NCBI GenBank assembly: GCA_964536725.1
Contig: CAZHYJ010000001.1
Span: 53,018-117,017, forward strand
From: an uncultured Gammaproteobacteria bacterium
GTDB lineage: Bacteria > Patescibacteriota > Patescibacteriia > Magasanikbacterales > GWA2-37-8
DNA: 64,000 nt
Reading direction: 5' to 3'
Shown in pieces: positions 19,337 to 28,158 of the stretch. Position 1 is the stretch's first letter, and every line of letters starts with the position of its first letter. The notes beneath the pieces are model-generated. The model was given only the letters and a program-made list of their open reading frames with translations. It was not told the DNA's origin and did no database searches. The position numbers were made by a program, and so were the translations under genes.

Positions 19337-19597
19337 CGGAAAACCTCCATTGTGGCCGGATTGGTTGCCGGCACTTGGTTCACTACCCGCCCTAAGAGCG
19401 CGGAATACTTAACGCCAGACTGACGTAAAATACACCGCGTTTTAGTGCAGATGATGTAAGGGAACTGTGTCTTGTAAAGAACAGCGTTCCATTATTAGGA
19501 ACCGAATGGTATAGCATAAAAAGGGATTTTTGTCAAGATTAAGGCTAAAAAATGGCTAATTTAACTGTTTGCACAAACTTCTCTATTTATCAAAGCA

Positions 19598-19624
19598 GTT
19601 CTAACATCATCTACTAAGCAGCTC
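19598..19624 (+). repeat. att half-site repeat R3
   Basis: GTTCTAACATCATCTACTAAGCAGCTC. Confidence 0.9.
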
Positions 19625-19892
19625 AGATTTTCAAAAACCTCAAAACTCTGCTAAATCTGGCAGAGTTTTTGGTTCTGATATTTACTACCCCCTTTGGAGA
19701 AAAAATGGCAAGAGTAGAACCGATTGAAAAAACTGTAAATATCTGGTAATCTAATATGGTATATTATTTATATGGACAAACAAGAAGAGATTAAAAAAAT
19801 TAGAAAATTAGTTCAGAATAGAATTAAACTAAAAAAAGAACTGGCTAGCTTGCCAGAATTTAAGGAACGATTAAAAAAAGCAAAAGAAAAAT

Positions 19893-21068
19893 ATGAGGCC
19901 AAACAATGAGGGCATATCAATCGGTGCAACAGAACTTTCGCGTGAAAGGGTCCTTGAAATGTCACCAAAAGAATTGGTTGATTATTTTACTCACCTTGAA
20001 GAATCTGGGGGATTAGAAGCATACTTGCAAAGAGCTTCCAAGGATGATGCTTTGGTTGCTATGTTTAGTTATTGGGAAAAGTGGTTGACAAATGATCAGC
20101 GCGCGATGGTTGATGATATTGTAAGACAGAAAAAAGAGTTATATCCTGGAAACAGTGAGTCATTACCACTAGAATTGGAAAAAAGGTTTACTGGAGACGA
20201 ACTTGAAATTATTTTTTCAAATTTATTAGCTATACAACTTACTTTTGGTTGCTCCAAAGGTTGTCCGTTTTGCGGTTTTGATGCGGTTCCTGGCGTAAGA
20301 GAACACATACCTTATTCTCAATTGGCTAATATGTTTCAGAGGTTTGGTAAAGAGATTGGGGAAAGTAAGCCGTTGTTGTATTATGCTTCAGAACCAACCG
20401 ATTACCTCGACGAAGATAATACATACATGGATGTGCATCAGTTGGCAGTAGAGTATGCTAAGTATAAGCCACATGTAACGAGTAAAAATACTGATACTGA
20501 GTGGGTTGATTTTTTATCTAAAAAAGTAAATAAACCAAGAATAAGCTTGTTTGGTGTTCCAGAAGAATCAATATTAAATTTGGAAAGCTTGTCTGCAATC
20601 ACAGGTATTGAATTAGGGGGAAGACAAAAAAAACACTTTGAGGGTTTGGGAGTTTCAAGACAAAAGACAGAAGCGCCATTTAGTGTTGGGATAGGCTGTG
20701 GAAGTGGTATCTTAATTACACCACGAGGTTTGTATAATACTTTAACTTTATCAAGGACCAGCGATAGGTTTCCTCAGGGTATAGCAATTCAACCGTTTGA
20801 AAAAGAAGATGATAATTTTGATATAAAAATAGGGTCAGATGTTGTTGAAATAATGAAGAATACTTTAATAGGCAAGTTGCGTGCCATTACTGGTTTTTTC
20901 TTCGTAAGACAGCATGGTGTAAAAGTGTATGTAAAAGTTAATGACGCTGGTAAAGTTGTTGATTTTTACAAACAAAACGAACCTTGGAACCGGGCTGATC
21001 ACCAGCCATTTTTTGTGGAACTTGTTGATAGGCTCTTAGCGTCTGAGAAAGTAGCTGGTGTAAAATAA
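19893..21068 (+). CDS. Cassette 3 gene: radical-SAM-like protein
   Basis: GCSKGCPFC (CxxxCxxC) followed by YYASEP. Confidence 0.65.
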   Translation: MRPNNEGISIGATELSRERVLEMSPKELVDYFTHLEESGGLEAYLQRASKDDALVAMFSYWEKWLTNDQRAMVDDIVRQKKELYPGNSESLPLELEKRFTGDELEIIFSNLLAIQLTFGCSKGCPFCGFDAVPGVREHIPYSQLANMFQRFGKEIGESKPLLYYASEPTDYLDEDNTYMDVHQLAVEYAKYKPHVTSKNTDTEWVDFLSKKVNKPRISLFGVPEESILNLESLSAITGIELGGRQKKHFEGLGVSRQKTEAPFSVGIGCGSGILITPRGLYNTLTLSRTSDRFPQGIAIQPFEKEDDNFDIKIGSDVVEIMKNTLIGKLRAITGFFFVRQHGVKVYVKVNDAGKVVDFYKQNEPWNRADHQPFFVELVDRLLASEKVAGVK

Positions 21069-21124
21069 ATAAATTTATTTTTATAAAAAATAGACAGATA
21101 ACAAATTAATTTATAATTAAATTG

Positions 21125-21151
21125 GTTCTAATATCCTCTGCCAAGGAGCTC
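21125..21151 (+). repeat. att half-site repeat R4
   Basis: GTTCTAATATCCTCTGCCAAGGAGCTC. Confidence 0.9.
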
Positions 21152-21269
21152 AGATAAAAACTTCGCTTAAACAGTGGAGTTTTTTCTTAATATGGTATTA
21201 GAGAAGAGTCATATTTTATTGCTTTAAACCGTGAAAAAAGTAGTTTTTCTATATATTTTCACGGTTATA

Positions 21270-21298
21270 TTGACAAAATAGTGAAAATATGCTATAAT
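21270..21298 (+). promoter_or_regulatory. Sigma70 promoter of fic gene
   Basis: TTGACA-17bp-TATAAT with TG extension; upstream inverted repeat AACCGTGAAAA/TTTTCACGGTT. Confidence 0.75.
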
Positions 21299-21327
21299 TG
21301 TATTAGATTCTACATTTAAGTTAGTAT

Positions 21328-22200
21328 ATGGCTAAAATATCTAATGTTTTCAATAAAATAAACGACTTACGTAAACGTTATTATTTAGCGGCTGTTGGCA
21401 GACAATCACTTTTGAAATTAATTAGCGAAACTGAAGTAGCTGAACAAGTTTACAATTCTAATGCTATAGAAAACAGCACTTTGTCCCTTGAAGAAACAGA
21501 AAAAATTCTACTGCAAATAGATCTGGACAGATATATTTCTGAGCGAGAAATTTTTGAAGCTAAAAATTTAGCACGTGTGGTCTCATATATAGATACCAAA
21601 GCTAAAGAAAAAGAACTCGATTTGGATGTTATTTTGATGTTACACAAAATGTTAATTAGTAATATTAGAGAAGACGTAGCGGGACGTTTTAGAAAAGAAA
21701 ATGAGTGGGTGCGAGTTGGTAATCATATAGCAGTTGATCCTAAAGAAATAATTGGTCGCTTAGAAAAAATGCTAGCTGAGTACAATGCCGAGAGCCAAGA
21801 AAATGTTATAAAAAGAATAGCACGTTTGCATTTAGCTTTTGAATACGTTCATCCTTTTGTCGATGGTAATGGTCGAATTGGTAGAGTGTTAAATAATTAT
21901 TTATTGATCAGAGAAGGGTTTGTGCCGATAAATATTAAATTTATTGATAGAAAAATGTATTATGAAGCATTCAAAGAGTTTGACACCAATGAAGCGACGG
22001 GTGTAATGGAGGAGATCGTCGGCCGTGCTTTGACCAATAGTTATCATAAGAGGTTGGCATATTTAGAGAGTAAAAATATTATTACCCTTAAAGAGTACGC
22101 ACAAAAAAATAAAATATCACATTCAAACGCTATCAACAAGGCTACTCGTCAAACTATTGAAGCTTTTTTGGAAAAGGGAATTTGGAAAATTGGAGAATAA
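21328..22200 (+). CDS. Cassette 4 gene: Fic family protein
   Basis: HPFVDGNGRIGR catalytic motif; N-terminal SNAIEN inhibitory motif. Confidence 0.93.
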   Translation: MAKISNVFNKINDLRKRYYLAAVGRQSLLKLISETEVAEQVYNSNAIENSTLSLEETEKILLQIDLDRYISEREIFEAKNLARVVSYIDTKAKEKELDLDVILMLHKMLISNIREDVAGRFRKENEWVRVGNHIAVDPKEIIGRLEKMLAEYNAESQENVIKRIARLHLAFEYVHPFVDGNGRIGRVLNNYLLIREGFVPINIKFIDRKMYYEAFKEFDTNEATGVMEEIVGRALTNSYHKRLAYLESKNIITLKEYAQKNKISHSNAINKATRQTIEAFLEKGIWKIGE

Positions 22201-22214
22201 TTTGTTGTAAGCAG

Positions 22215-22241
22215 GTTCTAACATCCTCCACCAAGCAGCTC
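22215..22241 (+). repeat. att half-site repeat R5
   Basis: GTTCTAACATCCTCCACCAAGCAGCTC. Confidence 0.9.
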
Positions 22242-22354
22242 ACCGTAAAACTTCGCTTAAACAGCGGGGTTCTTTGTTTGCTTAAAGATTTTTAATACTG
22301 TATACTTAAAACAGTATTTTTGTTTTAATTATTTTGATAATATTACTTAATTGT

Positions 22355-22687
22355 ATGTCAGAGAACAATATTGTTCATAACATTGACTTGGACAAGCCCG
22401 TAACACCAGCTATGGCGCGTGATGCAATGGTGGAGTGTTTTTATGAAGCACATTGTACGGACACAGGTTTAGACGAAGGTGATCCTAATGTTAATAGAGA
22501 ATATATTTTGGATGTTATCAAAAAAGCTACTACTGATATTGGTGAAGATTTTGAAAACCCTACCAAAAAATCACTTTTAAAGACAGTGGAAAAATTAAAA
22601 GAGTTTGCTAAAAAATTTCGAGATCAATCTGTAATTCAGAAGCATGCCGCTGAGATGGTTAAAATAATAGAAAAAATAAAAGAGTAA
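22355..22687 (+). CDS. Hypothetical protein
   Basis: ORF from MSENN; RDAMVECFYEAHC. Confidence 0.65.
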   Translation: MSENNIVHNIDLDKPVTPAMARDAMVECFYEAHCTDTGLDEGDPNVNREYILDVIKKATTDIGEDFENPTKKSLLKTVEKLKEFAKKFRDQSVIQKHAAEMVKIIEKIKE

Positions 22688-22692
22688 CTAGG

Positions 22693-24441
22693 TTATTTAA
22701 AAAGCGATATAATAAAACAGTTTTTGGTAACGTGGGTTGACAAAGTATGAAATGCGAGTATAATAGGGGATAGATTACATCGCGGGGTAGAGCAACCAGG
22801 CAGCTCGCAAGGCCCATAACCTTGAGGTTCCCGGTTCAAATCCGGGCCCCGCAACAATGTTGGACTCTGGTCATATAAAGTGGCCAGAGTCCTTTTTGTT
22901 AAAGGGTCTTCCGGAGGTTCGAAGTTTTTTTTAATCTCTTTTACTTCTTTGGACGCCTCTTCTAAAAGCACGAGCGGTTTTTGCGCTTGGAAAAGCACTT
23001 TTCCGTCTTTAAGTAATAGGTTCGAACCGAGACCCGACAGAATACTGCGTTTTGTAAATATATTATTTTCTTGGAACTTTTCTCTGGCAATTTGGGCGAA
23101 TGAGAAAATCTTTCCCGCCCTTTCTTTAGACTTATCCTCTTGGTTATTTTTACCAGATAATATATATTCCAAATTTTCTTTCTCTTTATTAATTTCAGCC
23201 TTTTTTTCTTTGGCTACCGTTTCAGATATCTCGCCGTTAATACGCATGTCCACTATAGTATCTAGTTTTTTGAGACAAGATGCTAGGGATTTTTCTAAGT
23301 TGGATACTATAATATTTTGATCGTTTTCTTTTTGTTGAGTTTCGTTTTTTAATTTTTCCAAAGCCCAAACACAGAAATCATTCGGTATCTCTATTCTATT
23401 CAGGATGTCCGTAATTTGCTCCTCGATTTCTTTTTCTTGGACATACCTCTGTGAGCAGTTGGGATTCTTTTGTTTGGTACAATGATAATATGTATATACA
23501 TGGGTGTTACCATTTTTTTGTTTCTTAACTCTTAATTCAGCGGTTATCATTGCTCCACATTCGCCACAACGTAATGGCCCCCGAAAAGCGAAATCGAATT
23601 TTTTCGGTCGCGGTTTATTTCGACCAGATATAATATCTTGTATTTGATCAAATTCTTCTTTGGTTATCATCGCGGGATGCTTTCCGTCATACCAGTTTCC
23701 ACTACCTTGGGGGTATTCATATCTACCATAATAGAACGGCAGAGTGAACATGCGGTAAAAAGTACTACGACCGATCGGTTTTCCGTTATCCATACGGAAT
23801 CCCCACTTATGAGTTATTACACGCCATAATTCTTGGACAGTGTACTGTCCAGTTAACATCTCTCGGAACGCTCTTTGGATGATGGGGAAGCGCTCTTTAT
23901 CTATCAAGATACACCTTGATCCGCCGGTGAGATTTGGAGTGTTTAAGTACCCTGTGGGGGCGTGTGAGGGATATATACCCATTTCTGCTTTAGTACGTAA
24001 TCCTCTGGCCGTATTGTGGCGTAGGTCGATAATGTATTGGTTAGCCATGCCTAACTCTACAAACATCATTAGGACGTTGTCGGTGGGGTAATAATCGCGA
24101 TCATAAGCCCGTATGTGTTGGATAATACCTTGTTGGAGCATCCAGTTGATAATACCGCCGTCAACAGGGTTTCTGGCCAAACGATCTAGTTTCCAACAGA
24201 CGATGCCGTTGGCCTCACCTTTTTTTATTCGTTCCACCATTTCATTAAACTCAGGGCGTGCACCAGGTTCTTTGGCCGAGTGGGCTTCGGTGAATGTCTT
24301 AACGACTTTAAGGCCGTCACGTCCAACGAGTTTTTTCATTTCACTAATTTGGGAATCGATAGAGAGGGCTTGTCGTTCTTCGCCCTCACTACTTTTTCTG
24401 CAGTAGAGAAAATATCTTAGTGGTTTTTTGTTGCTTCGCAT
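22693..24441 (-). CDS. Large serine recombinase, homolog of integrase 1; integrated-state ORF runs antisense through tRNA-Met
   Basis: YCRKS, DRLARN, CGEC...YYHC; start MRSN at 24441. Confidence 0.93.
   Translation of the reverse strand: MRSNKKPLRYFLYCRKSSEGEERQALSIDSQISEMKKLVGRDGLKVVKTFTEAHSAKEPGARPEFNEMVERIKKGEANGIVCWKLDRLARNPVDGGIINWMLQQGIIQHIRAYDRDYYPTDNVLMMFVELGMANQYIIDLRHNTARGLRTKAEMGIYPSHAPTGYLNTPNLTGGSRCILIDKERFPIIQRAFREMLTGQYTVQELWRVITHKWGFRMDNGKPIGRSTFYRMFTLPFYYGRYEYPQGSGNWYDGKHPAMITKEEFDQIQDIISGRNKPRPKKFDFAFRGPLRCGECGAMITAELRVKKQKNGNTHVYTYYHCTKQKNPNCSQRYVQEKEIEEQITDILNRIEIPNDFCVWALEKLKNETQQKENDQNIIVSNLEKSLASCLKKLDTIVDMRINGEISETVAKEKKAEINKEKENLEYILSGKNNQEDKSKERAGKIFSFAQIAREKFQENNIFTKRSILSGLGSNLLLKDGKVLFQAQKPLVLLEEASKEVKEIKKNFEPPEDPLTKRTLATLYDQSPTLLRGPDLNREPQGYGPCELPGCSTPRCNLSPIILAFHTLSTHVTKNCFIISLFK
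22781..22854 (+). tRNA. tRNA-Met(CAT), initiator type; attL of island 2
   Basis: CGCGGGG/CCCCGCA acceptor with C1:A72 mismatch, CAT anticodon; promoter TTGACA(22737)..TATAAT(22759). Confidence 0.92.
22862..22900 (+). terminator. Terminator after tRNA-Met supplied by island 2
   Basis: GGACTCTGGTCA...TGGCCAGAGTCC + TTTTT. Confidence 0.7.
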
Positions 24442-24512
24442 ATAAGAATAATTAAAAATTCCATTAAACCACGGTAATAACATGCCTTACAATATGGCGT
24501 CAATAATTATAA

Positions 24513-26060
24513 TTAAAATTGAATATCCTCCGCATTAAGAGAAGCTTCGTCTCCAGCGTCTCCGCCGTCGGTATTTCTAATCAGCTTTATATGTATAATC
24601 CGCTCTCTTTTTTCTTTGATTCTCCATATTTTAATACCCGCATCCTCGAGATTGTTTTTGAGGATATTTAATGACTTGCTTAATTTTGCCGCGGACTTAG
24701 GCCAAGCTTTTTCATGGTTCGTATCAGTTTTTAATTCCGCAGCCTTCTCGTTAAGGCAGTTCAACAAACTTGACGCCGTACCGATCCATTCGTTTGTGTC
24801 TTCTATAAAACGCACTAGTATGTTAGCTAACAAACTACCGTCAATAACTTCTTCATTTTGGCTTTTTTGGTTATTCGCATAAGCTGTCATAAAAGCTCCC
24901 TGTTCATATCCCAAGGCCTCGGCGATTGCGCAACCCCAACTGGCGAAGTCTGCCATTCTAGGCATTTTTGGTAATCTAATAGTTGGTTTAATCAGCAATG
25001 CTTTGGAGATCGTGTCAAAAACTCCACCCAGTATGGAGGGTTTTAACTCGGTAAGTTCGGTATATAATTCTTGTTCTGATCTTCGCCCTGCTCCATCATC
25101 AGAAATTCTGTCTAATTCGACAATGATGCTACGTTCCATGAGATCGGGTTTCCCAATAACCAAATTGATTCCATTGATCATGACGCATCGCTTGATTTTG
25201 AATATAAAATCATCATCATTAGTAAACAGTGACCGTTTTGCAAATCCCGCTCCAGTTATAGCCCGACACAGTGTGTCTGACGAGCTTTCAGATAAGTAGC
25301 TAACATTATCAAAACAGAGCAACCAGCTGTGAGCTAACATTTGTACAAGCTCTACTTCTTTATTTGGAAAACTAATTGCGTCTAATTGAGAAGGATCAAT
25401 TAAATCTTTTAATATCTTACACAAAGTAGATTTAGAAGATCCTTGCGGACCATGTATACACAGAATGGGGTGGGGGAAGTCAGGGATGAAACATGATACC
25501 ACCCAGACCAACAAGAGTAGCTGCTTTTCTGGATCAGAAACATTTATAAATTTAAGCAATTCTTTTATATCTCCTTTTTTAATTGGGATTGTTTGTTGTT
25601 TTTGGTGGTTAAAATTTCGGAACATGATTGGTGGTTGTTCAACAATCTGCCACCCATTTCTATCGGTTTTAATAGCAGATCCGTTGCCTATGTCATACCA
25701 CAGGTTATTGTCACCCCATGCAATTCGAATATTAAGGGGGATAGTACCGTTATCAGAGCAGGCCCGAGCTTCTAGGATTGAGATGATATTCGATCTGACT
25801 TCACCTCTAGGAGCCTTGTGCATTTTGTCCCAAATTAATTTAGACATCCAACGATTAAATCGTGTGCTTCCAATCCGCATAGTTTGGGAACCACTTCCCT
25901 GGGGGATGTTAGCGTAAGGTTCTCCCAATTCGTCGTGAAAAAGTTCTACACCACAATTTTCAATCAGTTTTAAAATCTTCGAGACCTCTTGATTGTTTTC
26001 TGGAAATTGTTGTTTTTCCTCAACCTCAATTAATTTTTTTTCTAGAATATCGTTTTCCAT
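24513..26060 (-). CDS. P-loop NTPase, probable replicative helicase of the element (SF3-like)
   Basis: Walker A GPQGSSKST, Walker B LLCFDN, RSLFTN, follows a primase Zn-finger gene. Confidence 0.7.
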   Translation of the reverse strand: MENDILEKKLIEVEEKQQFPENNQEVSKILKLIENCGVELFHDELGEPYANIPQGSGSQTMRIGSTRFNRWMSKLIWDKMHKAPRGEVRSNIISILEARACSDNGTIPLNIRIAWGDNNLWYDIGNGSAIKTDRNGWQIVEQPPIMFRNFNHQKQQTIPIKKGDIKELLKFINVSDPEKQLLLLVWVVSCFIPDFPHPILCIHGPQGSSKSTLCKILKDLIDPSQLDAISFPNKEVELVQMLAHSWLLCFDNVSYLSESSSDTLCRAITGAGFAKRSLFTNDDDFIFKIKRCVMINGINLVIGKPDLMERSIIVELDRISDDGAGRRSEQELYTELTELKPSILGGVFDTISKALLIKPTIRLPKMPRMADFASWGCAIAEALGYEQGAFMTAYANNQKSQNEEVIDGSLLANILVRFIEDTNEWIGTASSLLNCLNEKAAELKTDTNHEKAWPKSAAKLSKSLNILKNNLEDAGIKIWRIKEKRERIIHIKLIRNTDGGDAGDEASLNAEDIQF

Positions 26061-26063
26061 ATA

Positions 26064-26687
26064 TTAATAGTTATTGATTAAATTTTTTACTGCTTCCTTA
26101 AAGTTGTAATTATAGAGTAATTGAATAAGCTTTATACTATTCCCACCTTGTTGGCAACCAAAGCACTTAAAAGTATTTGTTTTGGTGAATACCGTGAAGG
26201 ATGGGGTTTTTTCTTTGTGTAGAGGACACAGGCACACTAGGTTCCTGCTCGATTTCCTAAATGGCCCAGGCAACAAAGCTTGTATTGGGACAGTGTTAGC
26301 TTGGTCGATTTGTTCTTGTGTTATTAAACCATCTCTTGGTTTTTTACCATGAAGAAAATTATGTTGACGATGGAGACGGAACAAATGCTTATCAATTTCA
26401 ACCAGTTCCGGAATAAATAAATATTTTACGCAGTCTCTGTTGAACTGTTTAGAAAAAGCGTTCATCGGGGACTCATTAATGCGAACGAGTATTTCATTAA
26501 TGTGCTTTGTTAATAATATTCGTTTTTCTTTCCACTCATTAATTTTTAATTGGATGACCGCTCGCGCTTCTGGAAACCAGCTGAACAACTCCGCGTCTGT
26601 GGGGTGGGGCAGCATCTCTCGTTCCTTTTCGATATCTAATGCGTTAAACAAGAATTCTATTTCTTCATTTGTTGGCAGATTATCCAT
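26064..26687 (-). CDS. CHC2 zinc-finger (DnaG-type Zn-binding) protein
   Basis: CPLHKEKTPSF...FKCFGCQQGGN. Confidence 0.88.
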   Translation of the reverse strand: MDNLPTNEEIEFLFNALDIEKEREMLPHPTDAELFSWFPEARAVIQLKINEWKEKRILLTKHINEILVRINESPMNAFSKQFNRDCVKYLFIPELVEIDKHLFRLHRQHNFLHGKKPRDGLITQEQIDQANTVPIQALLPGPFRKSSRNLVCLCPLHKEKTPSFTVFTKTNTFKCFGCQQGGNSIKLIQLLYNYNFKEAVKNLINNY

Positions 26688-26926
26688 ATTATTTGTTTTT
26701 AAAGTAAGTTAAAGCCTGGTCGATTTTGTCGCCATATATTAAGTCCATAAACTGAATAAACTTGGTCGCTAGCTCAGAAGCCTCGGAAGATGTGATTGGC
26801 GAACCAAAGTGTTTCAGATATAGATTTTGGAATTCAGTTGTTTCTTTCTCGGGAAACATAAGAGCCACGGGTAACGTGGCTCAATTATAAAATAATCGTT
26901 TTGGTTTGTATAAGTAAAAAGCGATA

Positions 26927-27715
26927 TCACTTTTTGTCGTATTTTTTTGATAAGGAGATGATTTTGCCGATGCCGCCAATATCAACTGGTGGCCAGCCTT
27001 TTCCTTCAGAAATAAGGTTCAGCATTTCGCTGATTTTTTTATATGGACGACCCCTTTTTTGTATTATGAATTCGTCTCTTTCGGAAATTTTTTCATTTTT
27101 TGGACGGATATGATGAATAAGGGTATCTTTTTTCCGATAATGGCTTTGGTATAATTTGATAATTTTTTCTTTCTTTTGTAAGAAATTTTTTATGTCATTT
27201 ATCGATGCGTAGGGGCTTATTCTTATGGCAATTGGGAACTCTAAATCAATGTCGTGGTCTATTTTTTGTTCGAGTCGTTTTAGTGTTTTGTCTGAAGGGT
27301 AAGTATATTTTTTTTGCATCAATAAATCATCTAATCTACAAAGGTCATAATCATAAAGCCAATGGTGTAGATCAGAATCGGTGTGATTGTATATAATAAA
27401 ATCCCACAGAATTTCTTTCCAACACTGGTTGTAAAGATAATATTTCTTACAAAGTTTGTCGATGTCTTTGATTAAATTATCTAAGCTTTTGAGAGTTTCC
27501 TTGTGTTGCCAGCCGTCTGGTAATATTGGATAATGGTAATTTTCTTTTTTAGTATATCCTGTCAGTGGTATCTTATACTTTTTTCTCAATTTTTTTGCAA
27601 TATTTTGGAATGAATCCATTTTTTTTATATCGCACCAGTAAGCATACAACCATTCGAAACCGTTGGTTGTGTTCTTTTTAGATTCTAATAGTACTTCATC
27701 TTTTTCTTTGTTCAT
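26927..27715 (-). CDS. Basic hypothetical protein, homolog of 11083-11856
   Basis: FQNIAKKLRKKYKIP..G, IRISPYAS; C-terminal HTH-like PYKKISEML. Confidence 0.6.
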   Translation of the reverse strand: MNKEKDEVLLESKKNTTNGFEWLYAYWCDIKKMDSFQNIAKKLRKKYKIPLTGYTKKENYHYPILPDGWQHKETLKSLDNLIKDIDKLCKKYYLYNQCWKEILWDFIIYNHTDSDLHHWLYDYDLCRLDDLLMQKKYTYPSDKTLKRLEQKIDHDIDLEFPIAIRISPYASINDIKNFLQKKEKIIKLYQSHYRKKDTLIHHIRPKNEKISERDEFIIQKRGRPYKKISEMLNLISEGKGWPPVDIGGIGKIISLSKKYDKK

Positions 27716-27773
27716 ATTGTGAATTAAACTACATAATTGACGCAGTATATATCGGTATGATAAACTAAAAAGC

Positions 27774-27919
27774 GTGAAACAACAATACTTATAAGTCCGA
27801 AGCTGAAAAAGCTATATTTTTAGCTTCTTGTGTATTGGAACGGGCGTTCCGATCAACACAAGAAGCATCTTCGGACGCTGATTGTTGTTTCACAGGTCGG
27901 GCGTCCGTTTTTGTTTTTT
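27774..27919 (+). promoter_or_regulatory. Structured RNA leader ahead of island 2 cargo
   Basis: 120-nt hairpin; loop AACGGGCGTTC complementary to GGGCGTCCGTT + U-run; TTGACG promoter upstream. Confidence 0.6.
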
Positions 27920-27930
27920 AAATTATTCAT

Positions 27931-28158
27931 ATGCGTTGGATAAAAGAAAACTGGTTCAAAATTTTAGCATCCGTACTTTTGGTTTGGGTAACGTTTTTTT
28001 GGACATACACAAAAATAAAAGACAATGACAGGCTGATAGAGATAAGCTTTATTTCTGTTTGTGCCGAACTTGGAGAGCAGGATGCCGCAGATTGTGCCAA
28101 GAATATTTTTAGATCCAACTATTTTTCAAGATTTCGTTATCCGCAACTTTTTAAATAA
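27931..28158 (+). CDS. Small membrane protein
   Basis: WIKENWFKI + TM helix. Confidence 0.6.
   Translation: MRWIKENWFKILASVLLVWVTFFWTYTKIKDNDRLIEISFISVCAELGEQDAADCAKNIFRSNYFSRFRYPQLFK

Noticed and set aside
18665-19423. Overlapping ORFs of 252, 172 and 132 aa
   Set aside because: Shadow frames of the high-GC gene; the minus-strand 181-aa frame has the RBS and codon pattern.
17438-22241. CRISPR array or classical integron attC interpretation of the 27-bp repeats
   Set aside because: Spacing exceeds 1 kb with genes in between, there are no cas genes and no tyrosine IntI, and the repeats lack the RYYYAAC...GTTRRRY attC palindrome.
17465-22265. Symmetric inverted GAAC motif in the right arms of R1-R5
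   Set aside because: Only AAAC-like matches at inconsistent offsets (+20 to +22), so canonical attP symmetry cannot be claimed.
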